Source: a candidate division WOR-3 bacterium (GTDB taxonomy: Bacteria; Hydrothermota; Tepidihabitantia; Tepidihabitantales; Tepidihabitantaceae). Taken from it: DNA of 64,000 nucleotides. Position 1 is the first letter of the stretch, and the number at the start of each line of letters is the position of its first letter. The notes beneath the pieces are model-generated. The model was not told the origin of the DNA, did not search any database, and saw nothing but the letters and a program-made list of their open reading frames with translations. Below, one piece after another: positions 1 to 8,870 of the stretch. Location: assembly GCA_965648905.1 (NCBI GenBank), contig CBFGIT010000013.1, forward strand, positions 17,108 to 81,107, read 5' to 3'. The position numbers were made by a program, and so were the translations under genes.

Positions 1-109
1 ACGCCTGCCACTCGCGGATTGCCACGTGCAGCTCGCACTTGGGCGCGGCGTCACAAGCGACGAGGAACAGGATGGCTAAAACAGTTGTCGCAAGAGCAGC
101 ACGCGCCAC
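1..109 (-). CDS. 5' part of a probable lipoprotein running off the left edge
   Basis: GTG at 109 reads MARAALATTVLAILFLVACDAAPK..., a hydrophobic signal ending in lipobox LVAC; open to position 1; not in the ORF track. Confidence 0.6.
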   Translation of the reverse strand, partial: MARAALATTVLAILFLVACDAAPKCELHVAIREWQA

Positions 110-351
110 AATCCGTGGGTTGTCTTGACCAACAGCCGAGGAGAAGGGTGCCTTACGATGCAAGGCCAGATTATCAGCAGCGGGCTTGCCGAGTCAAGAC
201 GGACGGACGGACGAGATGAGAGTGTCTGGTCGCAATGGCATGTCACTCTGCCACACAGGAACAACGGGCGGAGTTGAACTTGGCGAGATAGTCGCACCAT
301 GGCGCCCGTCTCGCTGGAAGCGACACTCGAAGCTGGTCCTGTCCTGTGCAG

Positions 352-715
352 TCCAAGGTGCGTACCTACGTAGGTTGGGTCAACCAACCACGTCCGCAGT
401 CCGGCTTCGGTTCTGGTGGGGGGAGTGATTCCCGGAGTCGTTCCCGCTGCCACTTGCGGCTGCAATTCGGGCTGCGGCTTCGACTACAGGTAGTGCTGCG
501 GCTGGCAAGGCAGGTGAGTTGCCGGGCAAGAGGCCGAAGCCATCAGCGGTCTTGTCTCCAGGGAAGAAACCAGAGGGCACGGCGCAGGTTGAGCCGGTTT
601 GGCCGTCAGTGTCGCAAGCGAGCCAAAGGTCGGTGCCGAGAGCATGAGCCGAGCCGGTTCTGGAAGCGGGCGTCAGGTCACGGCCGAGGTTCGCGTGTCG
701 CCCGCAGGCTGGATT
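352..715. repeat. Degenerate 12-bp-periodic non-coding array (element D)
   Basis: Consecutive 12-mers ggctgcaattcg/ggctgcggcttc/gactacaggtag/tgctgcggctgg; ttccc-N7-ttccc at ~429-445; imperfect palindrome at 352-379. Confidence 0.45.
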
Positions 716-1248
716 TACTGGGCTGCAGTCGCGGCGTCTCGGGCCGGATGCTCAAACTGGTCGACGATCGGCTTGAGCATCAGGAAGACGACGAGCCAGG
801 TCGGAATCAGGGCGATGAGTATGGCGATGACCCAACTGAATCTGGTGGCCATGGCCGGGTCAACAACGCTCAAGACCTGCCCGAGCACCGGCGGGCCAAA
901 GGCCACGGCAGCGATGGCCTGAAGCGCATTCAGAACCACAGTGAGATACCATCCCCAGCGGTGCCTGAGGAGCAGGCCGATTGCGCCGGCGAGCACCCCG
1001 GCACTGAGCAGCACCTGCGCCAGGTTGAGCGTGCGCAGGTTGGCATAGAGTGCGTCGATGGCGGCGAAGTTCGCGCCGGAGAGAAACGGACCAAGCTGCG
1101 CCGCCAGACTCTCGGGTCGGAAGGTCGCGAGCAGCGGGATGGACAGAAGGCTTGAGATGAAGCCGACCCCGGACTGAATGATGAAGAGCCAGGAGAAGAC
1201 GGTCAGCGCGACGCGCCAGCGCCGAAGGGTTCGGTCGTCTGGTGTCAT
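715..1248 (-). CDS. Hypothetical integral membrane protein (about 4 TM segments)
   Basis: 177-aa ORF with several long hydrophobic stretches. Confidence 0.75.
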   Translation of the reverse strand: MTPDDRTLRRWRVALTVFSWLFIIQSGVGFISSLLSIPLLATFRPESLAAQLGPFLSGANFAAIDALYANLRTLNLAQVLLSAGVLAGAIGLLLRHRWGWYLTVVLNALQAIAAVAFGPPVLGQVLSVVDPAMATRFSWVIAILIALIPTWLVVFLMLKPIVDQFEHPARDAATAAQ

Positions 1249-1286
1249 TCCGAGTGGGGCGTCCGACGCCCTGCGAGGAATCGTCG
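1243..1286 (+). repeat. REP-like palindromic repeat, copy 1
   Basis: TGTCATTCCGA-(variable hairpin)-GAGGAATCGTCG; same ends as the copies at 1722 and 1834. Confidence 0.8.
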
Positions 1287-1303
1287 AATGCCGGTCCGGG
1301 CGT

Positions 1304-1597
1304 TCATACCCATTCGCTGCCCAAGTCCTGCCAGCCCGGATTGAACGAGTCTACTAGCTCGACCTTCTTGGACCGACGCCAGCCCTTGATTTGCTTCTCG
1401 CGGGCGATTGCCGCATGTACGTCGCTGCAGCACTCGAAGTAGACGAGACGGTCGATGTTGTAGCGGCACGTGAATCCTGGGATCAGACGATGTTTGTGCT
1501 GGTAGACGCGCCGGGCAAGGTCGTTGGTAACACCCGTATAGACCGTTCCAGCCCGGTTGGCCAGAATGTAGACGTAGTACTGGTGGCAGCGCGTCAT
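1304..1597 (-). CDS. Small GIY-YIG nuclease family protein
   Basis: YYVYILAN...YTGVTNDLARRVYQHK...AIAREKQIKGWRR..K motifs typical of ~95-aa stand-alone GIY-YIG proteins. Confidence 0.92.
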   Translation of the reverse strand: MTRCHQYYVYILANRAGTVYTGVTNDLARRVYQHKHRLIPGFTCRYNIDRLVYFECCSDVHAAIAREKQIKGWRRSKKVELVDSFNPGWQDLGSEWV

Positions 1598-1721
1598 GGC
1601 AGAGAGTTGAGGTTATCACAACGCTAGAACAACGCAAGCGCGAGGCATGCGCCCGCGGCTCCGTCGCCTCGAACGCCCCTTGCTTTCACCACAAGGCACT
1701 CAAAGCGGGGCGACGCTCCTC

Positions 1722-1759
1722 CGACGATTCCTCAGTCGTCTGACTCCTTCGGAATGACA
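1722..1759 (-). repeat. REP-like palindromic repeat, copy 2
   Basis: + strand CGACGATTCCTC...TCGGAATGACA is the reverse complement of the copy 1 ends. Confidence 0.8.
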
Positions 1760-1833
1760 GTAGTGCAAGGTTACTCCGGACGCATGCTTCTTGTCGCTCG
1801 GAATCGGTCGAGGGGTCGTCGGGGGGAAGACGC

Positions 1834-1863
1834 CGACGATTCCTCGCTGCGGTCGGAATGACA
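1834..1863 (-). repeat. REP-like palindromic repeat, copy 3
   Basis: + strand CGACGATTCCTCGCTGCGGTCGGAATGACA. Confidence 0.8.
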
Positions 1864-1946
1864 GGGGAAGGGCAGCTCGGCATGTCGACCGGGCGGCCAC
1901 CATGAACAGCAGGACCATGCGCGGCTGCAGGCTAGCCTCTGCCGGG

Positions 1947-3284
1947 CTACCCTCTCTTTTTCAGCATCGCAGTGATGAGCTCTTCCAGGTCCGGCTTTGA
2001 CTTCTCCTGCAGCCGGTACTTGACGCGCACCACGGGTTTGTTGACCTTGATGATGCGAGACAGGTCAATCGGCGTGCCCGAAAGCACGAGGTCGCAGTCG
2101 GCCTTGTTGACCGCGTCTTCGAGCTCCTTGAGCTGGGCCGCAGAGTAGCCCATGGCCGGCAGGACTCTCTGAAGCTGCTTGAACTCTTCCATCGCCTTGG
2201 CGAGCGAGCCGGTGACGTACGGCCGCGGGTCAACCATTTCCTTGGCCCCGAACTGCTGGGCCGCGAGCTTGCCTGCGCCATAACCCATGCCGCCGTGAGT
2301 CACGGTCGGCCCATCCTCAACCACGAGCACGCGCCGGCCCTTGATGGCAGCCGGGTCAGCCACTTCGAGGGGAGAGTCGGCATCGATGATGACCGCCCCT
2401 GGATTGACGGCCTTCACGTTCTGCCGCACCTTCTCGATGTCCGAGGGCTTGGCGCTGTCCTCCTTGTTAATAACCACGACGTCGGCCGAGCGCAGGTTGA
2501 CTTCGCCGGGATGGTAGCGCAGCTCATGCCCGGGCCGCAGCGGGTCGGCGATGACGATGAGCAGGTCGGGCTTGAAGAAGGCGATTTCGTTGTTGCCGCC
2601 GTCCCAGACAATGACATCGGCTTCGGCCTCGGCGTGCTTGAGTATCTCCGCGTAGTCGCAGCCGGCATAGATGACCATCCCTTCTTCGATGTACGGTTCG
2701 TACTCTTCACGCTCTTCGATGGTCGCGTTTGCCTTGTCCAAGTCGTCGTAGGTGGCGAAGCGCTGCCAGACCTGTTTCTCAAGGTCGCCGTAGGGCATCG
2801 GCTCGCGCACCGCGACGGTCGAGAGACCTTGGGACTTCAGTATCTGGTACACCCGGCGCGAGGTCTGGGATTTGCCGCACCCGGTGCGCACCGCACAGAC
2901 CGCGACAACCGGCTTGTCTGCCTGGAGCTGGACATTCCGAGGTGAGATGAGCCTGAAGTCGGCTCCGGCCACAAGCGCCCGGGACGCGAGGTTCATCAGG
3001 TAGACGTGGGAGACGTCGGAGTAGGCAAAGACTACCTCGTCGACCTTCAGTTCCGGTATCAGTCTGGGCAGCTCGTGCTCGAAGTATGTCGGAATGCCGT
3101 CGGGGTAGAGCCTGCCGGCAAGGCCCGGCGGGTAGGGTCTAAGGCCGCCGGTCGTGCCCAGGTTCTGCTCCGCGGCCATGGTGAATCCGACGACCTCGTA
3201 CTCGTTCCTGTCGCGGAAATAGGTGTTGAAGACATGGTAGTCCATGCCGACCGCACCGACGATGATGATCCGTCTTCTGGTCAT
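1947..3284 (-). CDS. Cyclic 2,3-diphosphoglycerate synthetase-like P-loop protein (COG2403; arginine synthetase ArcE-like)
   Basis: AVRTGCGKSQT P-loop, PMPYGDL, TIEEREEYEPY, WDGGNN, VEDGPTVTHGGM, LPAMGY motifs. Confidence 0.85.
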   Translation of the reverse strand: MTRRRIIIVGAVGMDYHVFNTYFRDRNEYEVVGFTMAAEQNLGTTGGLRPYPPGLAGRLYPDGIPTYFEHELPRLIPELKVDEVVFAYSDVSHVYLMNLASRALVAGADFRLISPRNVQLQADKPVVAVCAVRTGCGKSQTSRRVYQILKSQGLSTVAVREPMPYGDLEKQVWQRFATYDDLDKANATIEEREEYEPYIEEGMVIYAGCDYAEILKHAEAEADVIVWDGGNNEIAFFKPDLLIVIADPLRPGHELRYHPGEVNLRSADVVVINKEDSAKPSDIEKVRQNVKAVNPGAVIIDADSPLEVADPAAIKGRRVLVVEDGPTVTHGGMGYGAGKLAAQQFGAKEMVDPRPYVTGSLAKAMEEFKQLQRVLPAMGYSAAQLKELEDAVNKADCDLVLSGTPIDLSRIIKVNKPVVRVKYRLQEKSKPDLEELITAMLKKRG

Positions 3285-3320
3285 GAATAGGTCCTATGTG
3301 TCCTGTGCGACCTATTCTGC

Positions 3321-4865
3321 CTAGAACCGCTCGGTCATCGACTTGGCCTGGAGGAAGAGCAGCAGGTAGTCGCGGCCGCCGGCCTTGGAGTCGGTCCCGG
3401 ACATGTTGAACCCGCCGAACGGCTGCACGTCGACCAGCGCACCGGTGCACTTGCGGTTGATGTACATGTTCCCGACCATGAACTCCTGCTTGGCACGAAG
3501 AATCTTTTCTCGATTCCTCGTGAAGACCGCGCCGGTCAGGCCGTACTCGGTGCCGTTGGCAATGTCCAGGGCGTCAGGGTAGTTCCTGGCCCTGATAACC
3601 GCCAGCACCGGGCCGAAGATTTCCTCCTGGGCGATGCGGGCCGAGCGCTTCACGTCGGCAACAACGGTCGGCTGAATGAAGTAGCCTGAGTCCGGGCCGC
3701 GCTTGCCGCCCGCAACCAGCCGGCCTTCGGTTTTCCCGACCGCGATGTACGCCATGATCGAGTCAAATGCCTTCTGGTTGATGACCGGGCCGAGCCAGTT
3801 CTTCTGGTCTTCGACCGGACCGATGGTTATCTTCTTCACGCGCTCGACAAGCCGGGCGAGGAACTCGTCGTAGACCCGGGCGTCAACAATGACCCGGGAG
3901 CAGGCCGAGCACTTCTGGCCCTGGAACCCGAACGCGGATACGGCCGTGCCTTCGACCGCCTCAGCGAGGTTGGCTTCGGAGTCGACGATGATGCAGTCTT
4001 TGCCGCCCATCTCAGCCACGACCCGCTTGATCCAGATTTGGCCTTTCTGGGTTCGGGCCGCTTTCTCGACAATGCCCAGACCGACCGCTTTGGAGCCGGT
4101 GAAGGAGATGAACCGGGTCTTGGGATGCTCGACCAAGTAGTCGCCGACCGCGCCACCCGGGCCGGTCAGCAGGTTCACGACGCCCTCGGGCAGGCCGGCT
4201 TCTTCGAGCACCTCGACAAACAAAGCCGCAAGCAGCGGCGCGTCCGACGAGGGCTTCAAGACTACGGTGTTGCCGGTGACCGCGGCCGCGGTCGTCATGC
4301 CGGCCATGATGGCACAGGGGAAGTTCCACGGCGGGATGACTACACCCACGCCGAGCGGGATATAGCGGACTTCCTGATTTTCTCCGGGAAAGGGCGTCAC
4401 GCCGCAGGGCTGGTCGTAGCGGATTGCCTCGCGGGCGTAGAACTCAAGGAAGTCAACCGCCTCGGCGAAGTCGGCGTCGGCCTCAAGCCAGTTCTTGCCC
4501 TCTTCGAGAATCATGGCGGCGTCGAAGTCAAACCGGCGCTGCTTCATGATGCGCGACGCGCGCAGGAAGATGGATGCCCGCTCGATGGCCGGCATGAACC
4601 GCCAGGTCTCGAATGCCTTGAGCGCGGCCTTCATTGCCAGTTCGGCTTCCTTGACCGTCGCCTTCTGGAACGTGCCGACTGAGGTCTTGTCCGAGGGGTT
4701 GAATGACTTGAACTGCTCTTTCGCCTTGAGCTGCTTGCCGCCGATGCTTAAGTCCCAGACGCGGTCGGCCTGGGCCTTGCGCTCGGCGATGGCCGCAAGC
4801 ATCGGCTGCTGGTTTTCGGGCTTTGAGAAGTCGAGATACGGCTCATTGCTGAATTTCGGTAGCAT
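3321..4865 (-). CDS. pruA: L-glutamate gamma-semialdehyde (P5C) dehydrogenase
   Basis: F.NEP N-terminus, PPWNFP, FTGS, AEMGGKD, FQGQKCSACSR, EEIFGP, GTDSKAGG motifs of the RocA/PruA type. Confidence 0.93.
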   Translation of the reverse strand: MLPKFSNEPYLDFSKPENQQPMLAAIAERKAQADRVWDLSIGGKQLKAKEQFKSFNPSDKTSVGTFQKATVKEAELAMKAALKAFETWRFMPAIERASIFLRASRIMKQRRFDFDAAMILEEGKNWLEADADFAEAVDFLEFYAREAIRYDQPCGVTPFPGENQEVRYIPLGVGVVIPPWNFPCAIMAGMTTAAAVTGNTVVLKPSSDAPLLAALFVEVLEEAGLPEGVVNLLTGPGGAVGDYLVEHPKTRFISFTGSKAVGLGIVEKAARTQKGQIWIKRVVAEMGGKDCIIVDSEANLAEAVEGTAVSAFGFQGQKCSACSRVIVDARVYDEFLARLVERVKKITIGPVEDQKNWLGPVINQKAFDSIMAYIAVGKTEGRLVAGGKRGPDSGYFIQPTVVADVKRSARIAQEEIFGPVLAVIRARNYPDALDIANGTEYGLTGAVFTRNREKILRAKQEFMVGNMYINRKCTGALVDVQPFGGFNMSGTDSKAGGRDYLLLFLQAKSMTERF

Positions 4866-5027
4866 GATGCCTCCTGCAATAAGTGTTTATCGGTCTTAGC
4901 TTATCGCAACGGCTATTCTTGATTCCGGGCTGCATCGCAGCACGCGCGGCCGCGGCAGGCGAGCGACCGCCGTTGCCGGGTACACTCGGGCAGTAGTGCG
5001 GGACCGACGACGGCCCCTGAATGACTA

Positions 5028-5055
5028 AGGATAGCGAGCCGGAAACAGAAGTCAA
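5028..5055 (-). promoter_or_regulatory. Sigma70-like promoter for the pruA operon
   Basis: Minus strand TTGACT-N16-TATCCT. Confidence 0.55.
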
Positions 5056-5077
5056 CTGGACAAGTCGATGCCCGGTC

Positions 5078-5105
5078 TTGACTCCGGCCAGTGGTCAACT
5101 ATCCT
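5078..5105 (+). promoter_or_regulatory. Sigma70-like promoter for the gap operon
   Basis: TTGACT-N16-TATCCT, then GGAGG RBS at 5120-5124. Confidence 0.6.
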
Positions 5106-5128
5106 TAGAGACAAACCCTGGAGGCATA

Positions 5129-6139
5129 TTGTCCACTAGAATCGGAATCAACGGCTTTGGCCGAATCGGCCGACTGGTAACGCGCATCGCTGCCCGTCAC
5201 CCCCAGATTGAAATCGCGGCAGTCAATGATGTTGCCACCGGGCCGACCCTGGCACACCTGCTCAAGTATGACTCGGTGCACGGTCGTTTCGACGACGTCA
5301 CCGCGACCGCCGACACGCTAGTCATTGCCGGCCGGGCGGTCCGTGTGCTGACCGTCAAGGAACCGGCCGAGCTGCCGTGGAAAGCACTGGGCGTGGATGT
5401 TGTCATCGAGTCGACCGGCCTGTTCACGGCTTACGAGAAGACCGCGGGGCATCTGGCCGCGGGTGCAAAGAAGGTCATTATCTCGGCTCCGCCCAAGAGC
5501 GGCGAGAAGCCGATCAAGTCTCTGGTCATCGGCGTCAACCACACAACCTACGACCCGGCGAACGACCACATCGTCTCGAACGCCTCGTGCACGACCAACT
5601 GCATCGTGCCGGTTGCCAAGGTCCTGCACGACCGCTTCCGCATCAGGCAGGGTTACATGACAACGGTCCATGCTTACACCAACGACCAGCGCATCCTGGA
5701 CCAGCCGCATAAGGACCTGCGCCGGGCCCGGGCTGCGGCCATGTCGATGATTCCGACCTCGACCGGCGCAGCCAAGCTCATCGGCGTGATCTTTCCGGAA
5801 CTGGCGGGCAAGATTGATGGCGTCGCGATTCGGGTCCCGACGCCGGACGTGTCGATGATTGACTTCTCCTGTACGGTAGAGAAGCCGACGAAAACGGATG
5901 AAGTCAATGCCGCGTTCCGGGCCGCGGCCGAGGGGCCGCTCAAGGGCATCCTTGAGTACCAGACCACGCCGCTCGTCTCGGTCGACCTGGTCGGCAACCC
6001 GCACTCGGCCATCGTCGATGCCGGTCTGACCACGGTCGTTGATGGGACGCTGGTCAAGGTATTTGCCTGGTACGACAACGAGTACGGCTATGCCTGTCGC
6101 CTGGTCGAACTCGCCGCTTACATTGCCGAACGGCTGTAG
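5129..6139 (+). CDS. gap: Type I glyceraldehyde-3-phosphate dehydrogenase
   Basis: GINGFGRIGR, SNASCTTNC, WYDNE motifs; start moved to TTG 5129 after GGAGG. Confidence 0.97.
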   Translation: MSTRIGINGFGRIGRLVTRIAARHPQIEIAAVNDVATGPTLAHLLKYDSVHGRFDDVTATADTLVIAGRAVRVLTVKEPAELPWKALGVDVVIESTGLFTAYEKTAGHLAAGAKKVIISAPPKSGEKPIKSLVIGVNHTTYDPANDHIVSNASCTTNCIVPVAKVLHDRFRIRQGYMTTVHAYTNDQRILDQPHKDLRRARAAAMSMIPTSTGAAKLIGVIFPELAGKIDGVAIRVPTPDVSMIDFSCTVEKPTKTDEVNAAFRAAAEGPLKGILEYQTTPLVSVDLVGNPHSAIVDAGLTTVVDGTLVKVFAWYDNEYGYACRLVELAAYIAERL

Positions 6140-6142
6140 GAA

Positions 6143-7327
6143 ATGAAGAAGCTCACGGTCCGGGACCTTTCGGTCCAGAACCAGCGCGTCTTTGTCCGGG
6201 TTGACTTCAACGTCCCGCTCGCCCCTGACACGCTTGAGATTCAGGACGATACCCGGATTCGCGCCGCCCTGCCGACGATACAGCATCTTGTCGACCACGG
6301 TGCGGTCGTAGTACTCGCCTCCCATCTGGGCAAGGCCAAAGGCAAGGCCGACTACCGGTACAGCCTGAGAACGGTGGCCCGGCATCTGGGCGAGCTGCTC
6401 GGCCGGCCGGTGGCGTTTGCCCCGAGCTGCGTCGGCTCCGAAGCCCGAATCCTTGTCAGCCGGGCCACGCCCGGCTCGGTTGTGCTTCTGGAGAACCTGC
6501 GGTTTCACCCGGGCGAAACCGCCAACGACCCCTACTTCGCCTCCCAGCTTGCCGACCTTGCCGACCTTTATGTCAACGACGCCTTCGGTGCGGCCCACCG
6601 GGCCCATGCTTCGATTGCGGCGTTGCCCGGTCTGTTCAAACAGCCCGCGGCCGGGTTGCTGATGGAGAAAGAAATCACCTACCTGAGTCAGGTAACCGAA
6701 TCTCCGGTCCCGCCCTATGTCGCGGTCATTGGCGGAGCCAAAGTCTCGGACAAGGCCGGCGTCATCGAGAACCTGCTGACCCAGGTGGACCGACTGCTGC
6801 TCGGCGGCGGGACCGCGTTCGGTTTCATCGCCTCGCTCGGTTTCTCCATCGGTCGGTCGCTCTGCGAACCAGAGCTATCCCCGACCATCAGGAAACTGGG
6901 TGATTCGCCCAAGCTCGTGCTGCCGGCCGACGTGGTCGCAGCGTCGGCGCCCGACGACGAGGCCGGAGCGCGCGTGGTGCCGGTCGAGCTGATACCGGAG
7001 ACCGCGATGGGGCTGGACATCGGGCCGAAGACGATTGTCCGGTTCAGCAGCGTACTGGCGCAGGCCCGAACCGTGGTCTGGGCCGGACCGATGGGCGTAT
7101 TCGAGCGCGAGGCATTCTCCCAGGGCACACGAGCCGTTGCCCAGGCAATAGCTGAGGCGACCGGCCGCGGTGCGACGACGGTTGTCGGCGGCGGCGATAC
7201 GGTTGCCGCCTTGGCCCGGTTCGGGCTCAGCGACCGGGTAAGCCACGTTTCGACCGGGGGCAGCGCATGCCTGAAGTTTCTCGAAGGCAAGAACCTGCCC
7301 GGCATCGCGGCGCTGGCCGACAAGTAG
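6143..7327 (+). CDS. pgk: Phosphoglycerate kinase
   Basis: RVDFNVP, LLENLRF, NDAFG..HRAHAS, GGAKVSDK, GGGDT motifs. Confidence 0.97.
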   Translation: MKKLTVRDLSVQNQRVFVRVDFNVPLAPDTLEIQDDTRIRAALPTIQHLVDHGAVVVLASHLGKAKGKADYRYSLRTVARHLGELLGRPVAFAPSCVGSEARILVSRATPGSVVLLENLRFHPGETANDPYFASQLADLADLYVNDAFGAAHRAHASIAALPGLFKQPAAGLLMEKEITYLSQVTESPVPPYVAVIGGAKVSDKAGVIENLLTQVDRLLLGGGTAFGFIASLGFSIGRSLCEPELSPTIRKLGDSPKLVLPADVVAASAPDDEAGARVVPVELIPETAMGLDIGPKTIVRFSSVLAQARTVVWAGPMGVFEREAFSQGTRAVAQAIAEATGRGATTVVGGGDTVAALARFGLSDRVSHVSTGGSACLKFLEGKNLPGIAALADK

Positions 7328-7369
7328 CAGCGTGGGCCCAGGATAGCGACGAGCGAGGAGCGTCAGCCG

Positions 7370-8128
7370 ATGAACCGCGAACGCCGAGTCATGATTGCCG
7401 GCAACTGGAAGATGAACAAGACCGCGACCGAGGCAGCGCAGTTCTGCCGGGAATTGAAAACCCGAATCGGCGTTGCTGCCGGCCCTGAGCTAGTCCTGTT
7501 TCCGCCCTTCACCGCGCTGCCCGCGGTCGCCCGTGAGCTGGCCGGGACGCCGGTCAACTGGGGAGGCCAGAACCTGCACTGGGAGGATTCGGGTGCGTTC
7601 ACCGGCGAGGTCTCGGGCCGGTTCCTTGCCGACCTGGGCTGCCGGTACGTACTGGTCGGGCATTCTGAACGCCGGGCGCTGTTCGGCGAAACCGACGAGA
7701 CCTGCTGCCGGAAGGTCGCGGCCGCGGTCCGATGCGGGCTCGTGCCCGTGCTCTGCTGCGGCGAGTCGCTCGTCGAGCGTGAGGCGGGTTACACCTTGTC
7801 GATCATCCGGGCCCAGCTCGATACTGCGCTGATGGGTTCGGCCGAGATACCGCTGGTTGTTGCCTACGAACCGGTCTGGGCAATCGGCACGGGCCGCAGT
7901 GCCACGTCGGACCAGGCTCAGGAAGTTCACGCTTTCATCCGGCAGTGGCTGGCCGAACGTTTCTCCGAAGGCTATGCCGCGCAGACACGGATAATCTACG
8001 GCGGCAGCGTCAAGCCGGACAACATTGCCGACATCCTGGCCCGTCCGGACGTCGACGGCGCACTGGTCGGCGGCGCCAGCCTCGACCTTGGTTCTTTCCT
8101 CGCGCTGGTCCCGGTGCTACCCGCCTGA
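7370..8128 (+). CDS. tpiA: Triosephosphate isomerase
   Basis: AGNWKMNK, GHSERR, AYEPVWAIGTG, YGGSV, LVGGASL motifs. Confidence 0.97.
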   Translation: MNRERRVMIAGNWKMNKTATEAAQFCRELKTRIGVAAGPELVLFPPFTALPAVARELAGTPVNWGGQNLHWEDSGAFTGEVSGRFLADLGCRYVLVGHSERRALFGETDETCCRKVAAAVRCGLVPVLCCGESLVEREAGYTLSIIRAQLDTALMGSAEIPLVVAYEPVWAIGTGRSATSDQAQEVHAFIRQWLAERFSEGYAAQTRIIYGGSVKPDNIADILARPDVDGALVGGASLDLGSFLALVPVLPA

Positions 8129-8216
8129 CCGGGTTGGCGGTCGGACGCGGACCGCCCGCAGGCCTTGACTTTGTTCGTGGCCGGGTTAATCTTGACACTC
8201 AAAGGAGAAACACCTC

Positions 8217-8519
8217 GTGTATGGAATACTGATTTTCTTTCACCTGCTCGTCTCGGTCGTCCTTGTCCTTGTCGTGCTGATGCAGCAGCCGCAAAAAGGT
8301 GGCATGGCCACCATCCTCGGCGGCGGCGAGTCGATTTTCGGAGGCGGCGGCGCTGCGCCGTTCATGGCCAAGGTAACGACCGGGCTGGCAATCGCTTTCG
8401 CGATTACTTCTCTGGGGCTGGTTCTGCTTTCGGCCCAGCGGGCACGGCCCCAGGCTGCGCCCCGTCCGACTTCGAGTCGGCCGGCGCCGGCTCAGCCCGG
8501 GCCATTGGGAGGTGAGTGA
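8217..8519 (+). CDS. secG: Preprotein translocase subunit SecG
   Basis: Two TM segments around a Gly-rich loop (VLMQ..KGG...GGG); classic position after tpiA. Confidence 0.9.
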   Translation: MYGILIFFHLLVSVVLVLVVLMQQPQKGGMATILGGGESIFGGGGAAPFMAKVTTGLAIAFAITSLGLVLLSAQRARPQAAPRPTSSRPAPAQPGPLGGE

Positions 8520-8854
8520 TGTACGCAGTGGTGAGAATCCGCGGCATGCAGTACATGGTCCACGAAGGTGAGACCGTCACCGTGCCGCTGCTCCCGGACG
8601 AGCCGGGAACGAGTCTGACGTTCGATGACGTCCTGCTCGTCAACACCGGGTCCGACGTGAAGCTCGGTCGGCCGAGAGTGACCGATGCCTGCGTCGAGGC
8701 CGAGGTTCTGGACCACATCAAGGCAGACAAGGTCACGACGTTCAAGTTCATCCGCCGCGAGAACTACCGCCGTCGCAAAGGCCACCGTCAAGGCCTGACC
8801 CGGATTCGGGTTACCAAGATCGCCTGTGAAGGTCAGTCAAGTGCCCAGCAGTGA
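8519..8854 (+). CDS. rplU: 50S ribosomal protein L21
   Basis: MYAVV...G.QY.V.EG, KV..FK...R..YRR.KGHRQ..T motifs. Confidence 0.95.
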   Translation: MYAVVRIRGMQYMVHEGETVTVPLLPDEPGTSLTFDDVLLVNTGSDVKLGRPRVTDACVEAEVLDHIKADKVTTFKFIRRENYRRRKGHRQGLTRIRVTKIACEGQSSAQQ

Positions 8855-8870
8855 CAACCGGGAGAAGACC

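Noticed and set aside
410..445. Minus-strand ...CTCCCCCCACCA resembling a tRNA/tmRNA 3' end
   Set aside because: No TTCGA T-loop or matching acceptor stem; lies inside array D
346..1155. 269-aa + strand ORF and other long antisense ORFs (5318-6607, 10266-11387, 24251-25960, 26028-26981, 33371-34321)
   Set aside because: Shadow frames of well-supported genes in GC-rich DNA; no motifs
4878..4905. AATAAGT-N14-GCTTATC upstream of pruA as another palindrome copy
   Set aside because: Spacer is 14 and arms are imperfect; may be an unrelated operator
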